DNA of 64,000 nucleotides from Proteromonas lacertae (taxonomy: Eukaryota). Location of the stretch: positions 1 through 64,000 of the forward strand of contig NGBS01000314.1 in NCBI GenBank assembly GCA_002245135.1, read 5' to 3'. Made by a program: the position numbers and the translations under genes. This document shows, one piece after another, positions 55,638 to 64,000 of this stretch. The notes beneath the pieces are model-generated. The model was not told where the DNA came from. It saw only the letters and a list, made by a program, of their open reading frames with translations, and did no database searches. Positions within the stretch are counted from its first letter, which is position 1, and every line of letters begins with the position of its first letter.

Positions 55638-56593
55638 AAAAGTTACAATTTTTTATCTAAATAAGTAAGAATATTGTTGTACGCCGTTGGGAGATAAATG
55701 TGTTTTAGATTACGTTGAAGTTATAAATATACACTTAATTTTTCAAAAAAGTTACGTTGGCTGTATATCGTATTAATCTGGTTAATCAGCTATATGTCAA
55801 ACATTGTTTGTTTATACTTTATATTAAACGTCAGTAGCAATAGTAGAAAACGAAATTAAGGTTTTTAGATGGATAGTTGAAGTGCTTACTGTTTTACCTG
55901 TTTCATGTGCAATTACAGCTTGAAGTTCTTTCAGACTACTTTTGTTATTTTCTCAAATTTTATTGATTAATATCAAAGAATCCGATTCTCCAAGTATGCG
56001 TTGAAATTAAGTAAAAGTAAAATCACTGTAGGTTTCTTTAAAATTATTCACAAAATAACAAGTCAGAACTTAGGAATTCACACAAAAGAGAGTAGGAGGA
56101 AAATGAAAAAGAATTTTGTTATATAACTCTTTTATTATTATGTATTTAGCAGTAAATTTATATCATTTCAATTATAATGATGTTAATTAATTAAACATAA
56201 GCTGATTGTCTTGCGTTATTTTCATAATTTCTTATGCTTTCTTTATGCAAATATATTTCTTCTCTTTCTTTTGGTACAGTTTTAATAATTTGCTAAATCT
56301 ATCACATATAAAATAACCCCATTTCCGTCCATTGCCGTATTTGACTTTCCTTGATGTAATATTATCTTTCAAATATTATACCGCATATGCTATTATGTTA
56401 TTTTTCAAACAAATTAACCTTTTTCACCTCCTAATACAATTATAATCTCAAAAGTTTGCTTTTGTCAGTGAATTTACGGTATATTACTCTCAAAAGTATA
56501 GCTCGACATTAGTCTATTAAGTATTTTAAGCAGTTCAACCGCATAAAAATCTTGTATAGTTAGGAAGTATTTCACATTTACTATTAACATACT

Positions 56594-57230
56594 TGTTGTG
56601 CGCCGTTTGTCATAGTTGGCCGTTTGTCTACCAGACACTTTGAAAACAAACTAAATGTATATTCTTACTTGTCTTGATGAAAAATTGTTACTTTTATACT
56701 TACTTTGTTATATGACCTATCTCTGCAGTATACATTTTTGTTAATATAAATAGTATGAATATTTGCGCCGTTTGTTTTCTAGAAATTTTTGAATCAAACT
56801 GAATGCATATTTAGCTAATATAGACTAAAATACATTAGTTAAAATGATTAGAATATAATAATTATTAAATCTTTCTATATAAAAAAAGAAATGTAAAAAT
56901 AGGCTTGAGTGAGGCTTGATTCTATATTTTCTTTTTTCATTTTAAATGTCTTATGATCAACATTTAGTTGTTCTAATCATTTCAGTTAATATATTTTAGT
57001 CTACATTAGCTAAATATGAATTCAGTTTGCTTCAAAAATTTCTAGAAAACAAACGGCGCAAATATTCATACTATTTATATTAACAAAAATGTATACTGCA
57101 GAGGTAGGTCATATAACAAAGTAAGTATAAAAGTAACAATTTTTCATCAAGACAAGTAAGAATATACATTTAGTTTGTTTTCAAAGTGTCTGGTAGACAA
57201 ACGGCCAACTATGACAAACGGCGCACAACA
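56594..57230. mobile_element. Non-autonomous foldback/MITE element: TGT..ACA ends, ~239-bp TIRs, 159-bp spacer, 5-bp TSD
   Basis: 56594..56832 is the reverse complement of 56992..57230 (4 mismatches found). ATACT flanks both ends (56589-56593, 57231-57235). Confidence 0.85.
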
Positions 57231-57506
57231 ATACTAACTTATGTATTATTTTGGGTAACATACTAACTAACATATTTTATCTTACAAACAAATTTACTTA
57301 ATTAGATAAAGTTTCTTCTCTTTTTCTATTTACTTTGTATACTAAAATCCATCAGTATAGTAGATAGTATTACTATAAAAAAGGCTATGAGCTAAAAATA
57401 TCTGTTGATATAGGTTATATATAACAAAAAACATGAAAAACAAAAAAAGTCGAATTATAAAACGACGAATTATCGGGTTATGACTATACTTTATAGTGTA
57501 AATCTA

Positions 57507-58280
57507 TTAATAGATAAATTTATTACACAACCCAAATTTTGTTCTTTTATTACCAATATGACTGAATGTATAATCCTGTATTTTATTACCGCTGTGAAGA
57601 TATCCAGAATTATTAAATATTGCTAATCTATATCCTTTTTTATAAAACCAACTTCCAACACTTACCTCATCGTAGTAATTAGGAAGTAAATATAACAAAC
57701 TACTTCTATATACACTTGGTCCGTTAACATAGGCAAAATTTTTGTATGGCTTATTTAATATGAAAATTTCTAATTCTTTGAAATTGTATAATTTTATTTT
57801 CTTTTTTGTTAATTTTGAGTATGGGAAATCTCTTAATAATATACCTGATATATTTCGATATTCTTGAATAATATTTACTGATATACTAATAAAATTCTTA
57901 TATTTTAATTTGTTGTATATTACGTTCGGAATTATCCAATCTTCTTCCAAAATCAAAACAAAAGTCGATGGTGCATAAGAAAAGGACAATAGAAAAGAGA
58001 ATTGATATCCTAATGGATTAATAAAAAAACTATTGTTTAATTTTAATATTTTTCTATACATTTCTCTATCTGAAGTTCCTTGATCATACCATATTACATT
58101 TGTTTTGATCATATTATCATATATAGCAAGATGCTTGAATATTGATAGTAATGTTAAATTCAAATAGAAGGGTCTGTTACAAGAATATATATTTATATGA
58201 AGAGATATTGTTTTTATTATGAAAAGAAAATTAGTATATAGATAAAGAAATAGAAATACATATATAACAATTAAATACAT
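57507..58280 (-). CDS. GT-A fold glycosyltransferase-like (GT2/GT13-like), intronless, type II anchor
   Basis: IYSCNRPFYL, VIWYDQGTSD, FVLILEEDW, NGPSVYR, FSHIG. Confidence 0.7.
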   Translation of the reverse strand: MYLIVIYVFLFLYLYTNFLFIIKTISLHINIYSCNRPFYLNLTLLSIFKHLAIYDNMIKTNVIWYDQGTSDREMYRKILKLNNSFFINPLGYQFSFLLSFSYAPSTFVLILEEDWIIPNVIYNKLKYKNFISISVNIIQEYRNISGILLRDFPYSKLTKKKIKLYNFKELEIFILNKPYKNFAYVNGPSVYRSSLLYLLPNYYDEVSVGSWFYKKGYRLAIFNNSGYLHSGNKIQDYTFSHIGNKRTKFGLCNKFIY

Positions 58281-58300
58281 AAACTGTTATTCTAAATTTT

Positions 58301-59463
58301 ATGTATTTCTTTTTTTTAATACTTATAATATTCATTTATATATATTTATTCAGCTATCCATTATCATCAACATTAATTAGCAATATTAAAATTATTGATT
58401 TTATTAATAAATCATTTAATGAATTAAACAAAATGAATATAATCAAATGTAAAGTTAGAACCAGTATAAGATGTATATACATAACACAATATAAGAGTAT
58501 TCTTAATTTATACATATTTGTATCTAGAGGATTTAGATATCCAACTGTTATAACTAACTACTATAGTGTTAATAAACATCTCAGAATAAGCAAAACAAAT
58601 GTAAGTAAATATATAGAAGCGGATTATTTTACTCATGCATATGGTTTTAGAAATGTGTATTTATCATATAAGGGAACTATACACTCTCAATGTTGGGATA
58701 TTAGCACTGTTGGAGGTTGTTACTGTAGTATTATTCCACACATAAAATGGAATAGTGGTAATTATTCATGCTATGATAAGGTAATATCAATTACACACCA
58801 TTTTGGAAATGCAGTATATCACTCGATTGTGGAATGTTTACCGAAAATAGGTTATTTTATTCCACAACTATTAAAAGATAAATCAATAAAATACATATGA
58901 CTAAATCAGTTAGCATTAAATTTTTAAAATTATTAGGATTTGAAGATTCAAGAGTTGTATATGGTAATATATATGTGAAAAGATTATTAATTCCTGAGAA
59001 AGAAAGATGTCAATATCCACCTACTCCTCTTCATTTTTATTCCCTAAGATATTATTTGAGAATTAAAATTACCTCTAAACACAAGTATGATATAATATTA
59101 ATAAAAAGAAAAGGAAAAAGAGAAATAATTAATTTTATGGAAGTATTTTCTGTTATACATAACATTTATATAAATGAAACTATAGTAATATACTATCCTA
59201 ATACTGGTTTTAATAACACAATGAACTATTTCAAATACGCAAAACTAATTGTTGCTCCACATGGTGCTGGATTATCAAATATTATTGTTAGTAATAGAGA
59301 TTGTATAGTTGTTGAGATTGTCTCTGGGAATATATGCTATTTCACTTTAGCAAATATGTTAGGCTTGGAATATTATGGTTTGTATTATAATCTAACCAAT
59401 AATAAGTATTTTGTTAATATAGATAGTTTAAAACTAGTCTTACAAAATATAAAACTAATATAA
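58301..59463 (+). CDS. GT61/DUF563 glycosyltransferase, intronless, split by one frameshift near 58890
   Basis: NAVYHSIVECLPK in the first ORF; IKRKGKREIIN and AKLIVAPHGAGLSN..VVEI in the second. The ORFs overlap at ATGA. Confidence 0.8.
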
Positions 59464-60033
59464 CTATATAATAAATAATATTAAATTTAATAATCTTTTA
59501 GACTTTTTAATTTTATATTCTTGATACATTCATCAGGATAACCTGACATTATATTAATGTAATAAAACCACTTATTTCTTAATGTTCTATACAATGAACA
59601 ATTATTTGGATCGTTAGGCATTAACACTGCATTTTTAATTTTGCTTACAAACAAATCCAATAATTGTTCTTCAGTTATATTAATAAATGGAAAGAATAAT
59701 AATTATGTTGTTACAAATGGATCTGTTTATGATATTAAAAGTCTTTACTTTCCTCATATGTAGAATTACTGTTGTTTAATCTGTTGTTTAATAATTTAAA
59801 ATATCTTTATACTTACCTCTGATCATATATAAACACAATGATAAAAAATGAAAATAGATCACTTAAAATATGAAAGTATAATAAGTGGCTTGTTTGGTTG
59901 TCTTATTTAACAATAATTATATTGCATGAAGAAATAATAGATTGATTTATTTGACTTACTTCATCTGATCTAGTTTAATGAGTGAGTAAATATTCCATAC
60001 TCATTAAATGATATATTGGAGTTAAATTACTAC

Positions 60034-61869
60034 TTAATCACATCTGATTTTATCTATATTTTCATATACAAAAGATGTGTTAGGAAAGTGGTAATACAGA
60101 CACTTTTTATAGAATTGATATTTATTATCAACTATCACATATTTCTTTATGACATTCATTATCTTCTTTATTAATAATCTTGTATAAAAAACGCTAAAAT
60201 GGTGTGAATCGGAGTATATTGGTAAATTATTTAAGTAATACTTGCACTTTCTACCATCCAATATATCTTTCTCCCATAAGGTAATTACATTTATGTTATT
60301 GTATTTTGGTTTTAGAAATGATTTAGGTGTAAAACAAGTTTTGTTCAATTCACCATAACAATCATTTTTATCATCTTTAATACACGAATTTGGGTCTCTA
60401 ACATGCATTGGATTGTCATTACTAATTACAACTTCACCACACATTGTAAGAATTGATATAGATACTTCAACCACTTTTTCGTATATTAAACTAAAGTTAA
60501 TAATACGTGGATTAATCCAATTACCAATAAAGCATAAACTAAAATGATATTTTGTTATAAACCTTTTAAAGAAATGAGTTATGTTCATATAAATATATGA
60601 ACTGGAAGCTAAATATAGATGGATAAATTGATATTCATATTTGAAATGACTATAAAATAATGCCATAAAATACTGCTCAATATGTGAATCACCTATAAAT
60701 AATACAGATGCTTTTAATATATTAGAATCATTTTTTAAGCAGCAATAACTCTTTTGATTTATATTAAACATAATCAATAGTTCTTTACTACTATAATGTT
60801 TCATGTTCTTTAATAAATAATCAATATTTCTCTCGAATTTTATTATAATCAATATAGTAAATATTAGAAATAGTAAACTCATTATATAAGTGTATTTTGA
60901 TGATAGTTTTAAAAATCCTTTATGAAAAGGAATTTCAATAAACCTATAAGATATAATAACACATATTACTAAAAGAAAATAATATTTATATGGAGAATTA
61001 ATAGTTAGGTATTTCAATAACGGAAAATGAATTAAATATATAGAATACGACATATTTCCAATAGTATTAATACCATAATTGGTGATTATACTATTTTTGG
61101 AAGATGAGTATAATATACACCCGCTAAGAATTATTGGAATTAATGCATTATAACTAGGATATATCATTTTATCGTTGTAACTTATTGACATAATTATTAA
61201 TACAAATAATGAAAAATTTGTACAAGATTCTTTATTGTAACTAATATTTATATGTACATATCTTATTAATTCTCCTATTATAAATTCCCATCCTCTACTA
61301 GAAAGAAAAAAATATCCTCTATTTCTATCATTATATCCATAACATATACTCATACTTACTGAGATTAATGATAACAGAGAATAAGCAAATAACAAATGAT
61401 TTATTGAAATCCAAATAAAAAAAGGGGTTATGATATAAAATTGTTCTTCCAGTGACAATGACCAATAATGCAATACAGGACTCTCTTTTAATCCTGAATG
61501 AAAGTAATCTACTTGGTTAAAATAATAATTGTAGTTTGCATAAATTAATAAACATGCAACTGCATCATTTTTATATATAGAAAAATAAGTAAAATCATAT
61601 CTTTGTATATATAATGTAAGAAACGCTATAGTTGTTAATGAAGCAGGAAATAATCTTCTAATTCTTGCAGCATAAAATTCAATAAAAAATATTGTTCTAT
61701 CATTTATGATCCTATTTTCGATTGAATAACAAACCAAATACCCTGATATAACAAAAAAAATATCAACTCCTATATAACCTCCTGACAATATTTTTGGATA
61801 TAAATGAAAAAATAAAACAAATAAAACAGCAATACCTCTTAATCCTTGAATATCATTTCTATATTTCAT
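60034..61869 (-). CDS. OafA/OatA-type O-acyltransferase (acyltransferase-3 plus SGNH), intronless
   Basis: YRNDIQGLRGIAV, GGYIGVDIFFVISGYL, RIRRLFP, HYWSLSLEEQFY, SYSIYLIHFP; SGNH GDSH and DSHH. Confidence 0.9.
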   Translation of the reverse strand: MKYRNDIQGLRGIAVLFVLFFHLYPKILSGGYIGVDIFFVISGYLVCYSIENRIINDRTIFFIEFYAARIRRLFPASLTTIAFLTLYIQRYDFTYFSIYKNDAVACLLIYANYNYYFNQVDYFHSGLKESPVLHYWSLSLEEQFYIITPFFIWISINHLLFAYSLLSLISVSMSICYGYNDRNRGYFFLSSRGWEFIIGELIRYVHINISYNKESCTNFSLFVLIIMSISYNDKMIYPSYNALIPIILSGCILYSSSKNSIITNYGINTIGNMSYSIYLIHFPLLKYLTINSPYKYYFLLVICVIISYRFIEIPFHKGFLKLSSKYTYIMSLLFLIFTILIIIKFERNIDYLLKNMKHYSSKELLIMFNINQKSYCCLKNDSNILKASVLFIGDSHIEQYFMALFYSHFKYEYQFIHLYLASSSYIYMNITHFFKRFITKYHFSLCFIGNWINPRIINFSLIYEKVVEVSISILTMCGEVVISNDNPMHVRDPNSCIKDDKNDCYGELNKTCFTPKSFLKPKYNNINVITLWEKDILDGRKCKYYLNNLPIYSDSHHFSVFYTRLLIKKIMNVIKKYVIVDNKYQFYKKCLYYHFPNTSFVYENIDKIRCD

Positions 61870-62138
61870 TAATTCAATTTACTATAATATTGTATAATAA
61901 AAGGTTATAGTTAGGGTTATAGAACACTATACTATAACCCTATAGTGTTTTTTTATTCCAAAAAATAGCCCTTTTAATTATTCAATGAAAATTTAACTTT
62001 TCATTATTAAAAACTAATTGCAGATCTATGTAAAGAGACAAAAAGAAAATATACAATACTAACATTTTGAAGATCTTTTATATTTAATAATATTTTTAAA
62101 ACAAAATATATGCATCTCATATACAAAGTAACAGCTTT

Positions 62139-62208
62139 ATAATCCTTCAGCGTCCTCAATGGCATATGAAAATATATTTCTGTGCCATTGAGCCGCTGAA
62201 GGTATTAT
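62139..62208. other. GC-enriched ~70-nt stem-loop
   Basis: CCTTCAGCG/CGCTGAAGG, CTCAATGGCA/TGCCATTGAG and GAAA/TTTC pair. Confidence 0.75.
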
Positions 62209-62439
62209 ATTATGATTATCTCATATATGAAATATGAGAAATCAAAAACATCTCCTTGACAAACGGCGTGAGAAGATTTAGAAATATGCCGTTTGTCTAG
62301 GAGATTTAGAAATATGAAGTTTGAAGTTAATGACAATATAGATGGGTGTTGCTTTTGGTAATTGAAGGTCAAGGTAAATTTTTACATATAATAGAATGAT
62401 TCACGTTCTATTACAAAGCTATAAAATGTAATAGAGAAA

Positions 62440-63441
62440 ATGAAAATTATATATATAACTCTATTTATAATATTTATAATTTATAAAATATATAATATTA
62501 ATTCATATTCAGTTGTAATATTTATAGCAAATAGTTTTATTAATTGGTCAACAAATTTTGAAAGTGGTAAATATGAATGTAATAGCAACTTAATATGCTT
62601 AATAACATATAATCTCACTTCAGATGTTGATTTTGTTTTATATAATGCATGGACTAAACATATCAATTATAACTTTACCAAAAGGCAGAAGTTATTACTG
62701 TGGTCTCCAGAAAAAATGTCATGGAAAAGAGAAATGATTGGTATAAGTTTAGGAAATAACAATAAGTATTATGCAGCTATTGACTATAGGCTATTTTATT
62801 CTCCCTATCATTTTTCTCAACCGTATTTATATATGATAAACAAATCATTAAAAGAAATTATTAAAAATGCCAAAAAGAATATACATAACCTTAAGTCGTT
62901 TATGTCTAGAAAATCAATTGTGTATATACAAAGAAAGAATTATACAAAGAGAACTAGAATAGTAAAAGAAATGATGAAATATTTAAATATCGATTCATAT
63001 GGCAAAAATTTAAATAACAAAAAGTGGCCTAATGGTAAAACAAAATTAGATATAATAAAACAATATAAGTTCTGTTTAGCTATTGAAAATTCAATTGAAA
63101 CTAGTGCTACTAACCACTTTTATTCTGATGAAATTGATAATGATTATTCAACTGAGAAGCTATTAGATTGTTTGGAAGGAGGATCTATACCAATTTATTA
63201 TGGACCAAAGAATTCGTATTTGTTTATGCCTAATAATCATAGCGCTATAGATATGGGTAAGTTTGATACCCTAAATGATATAATTAAATACATAAAAAGA
63301 ATAGAAAATTCTGAAGAATTATTAAAAGAATATATATCATGGACTAATACTTATTTAAACAGCTGGTATATAAGATTTTCCCTTACATATAAATATACTA
63401 AATGCAGGTTTTGTCAATGGGCATATAATAATAGAGATTAA
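62440..63441 (+). CDS. GT10 alpha-1,3/4-fucosyltransferase, paralog of 54594..55637
   Basis: Same motifs (YKFCLAIENS, DYSTEKL, GSIPIYYG); collinear with the first copy over its full length. Confidence 0.9.
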   Translation: MKIIYITLFIIFIIYKIYNINSYSVVIFIANSFINWSTNFESGKYECNSNLICLITYNLTSDVDFVLYNAWTKHINYNFTKRQKLLLWSPEKMSWKREMIGISLGNNNKYYAAIDYRLFYSPYHFSQPYLYMINKSLKEIIKNAKKNIHNLKSFMSRKSIVYIQRKNYTKRTRIVKEMMKYLNIDSYGKNLNNKKWPNGKTKLDIIKQYKFCLAIENSIETSATNHFYSDEIDNDYSTEKLLDCLEGGSIPIYYGPKNSYLFMPNNHSAIDMGKFDTLNDIIKYIKRIENSEELLKEYISWTNTYLNSWYIRFSLTYKYTKCRFCQWAYNNRD

Positions 63442-64000
63442 TATGTTACAACAAGATGAGAAACATTTTATAACCTTAAAAAATATATCAACTATTTTAT
63501 TATTAATGATTCAAATTATATATTGTAGAACTTTTGAATTCTTTAAAAAAGACTATCAATAATAAAAAATAATAAAGATTATACATTTGCTATCATTTAT
63601 TTATTGAAGATTCTAAAGTAAAGACGAGAAGATCACCATTCCCTAATCAGTGTAGAAGTGCATACACTCTATGATGAAGCATTCTCTTATTGACGCTTGC
63701 GAGAAGATCAACATGAAGAGTTGTCTTGGATAAGAAATGAAGAAGTTGATCTTGAATGTCACGAGTTTACTTGGGGTTACCATCTTCCTTGTAGATAACT
63801 TCATAGGCAAAGAAGATGAAGACAATCTTATATCCTTAGAAAGGAAGTAACTCAAGATGTTGGCTGGAAGATCCTTTAAATTGGATAATCCTCATTGATA
63901 GCAAATGACACTAATAATAAAATTAAATAAAACATAGTTTCGAAGTTATATTCTCCACCTATAATTTTGAAGTTATATGAAGAATTATATGAAGAGATAT

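Noticed and set aside
55700..56580. Possible coding debris (also 59470..59700)
   Set aside because: Short stop-interrupted frames with no recognisable family.
56594..57230. CRISPR array or solo LTR
   Set aside because: The repeats are inverted arms, not direct repeats with spacers, and the context is eukaryotic. Long TIRs fit a DNA element better than a solo LTR.
1..64000. tRNA or spliceosomal snRNA genes
   Set aside because: None recognised by eye; tRNAscan-SE or Infernal would be needed to exclude them.

Overview
Very AT-rich, gene-dense eukaryotic (protist) DNA with many tiny GT..AG introns (mostly about 24-50 nt, often GTAT...TAG). The tiny introns, He_PIG/Ig-repeat surface protein and TGTTTGT motifs downstream of genes suggest a Blastocystis-like stramenopile; this is inference only. 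Positions 1-53.3 kb hold intron-rich genes: a PHD-type protein, DNA ligase IV, three pseudokinase-LRR paralogs, a giant (~3,900 aa) Ig/PA14/HormR type I membrane protein, a degenerate CHD-like protein, MAP10-like, RETSAT-like, a cNMP-binding protein, an SLC19 transporter, an ePHD protein, LIS1, TRM8 and STT3 with a WSC-like tail. Two identical 5S rRNA genes sit inside ~430-bp inverted repeats that bracket one pseudokinase-LRR gene. A full-length hAT transposon has an 8-bp TSD. Positions 53.6-63.4 kb are an intronless glycan-modification island (GT31, two GT10, GT-A, GT61, OafA-type O-acyltransferase). The island contains a TGT..ACA foldback element with a 5-bp TSD and several hairpins. Exon structures were assembled by eye, so gene ends are approximate unless stated.
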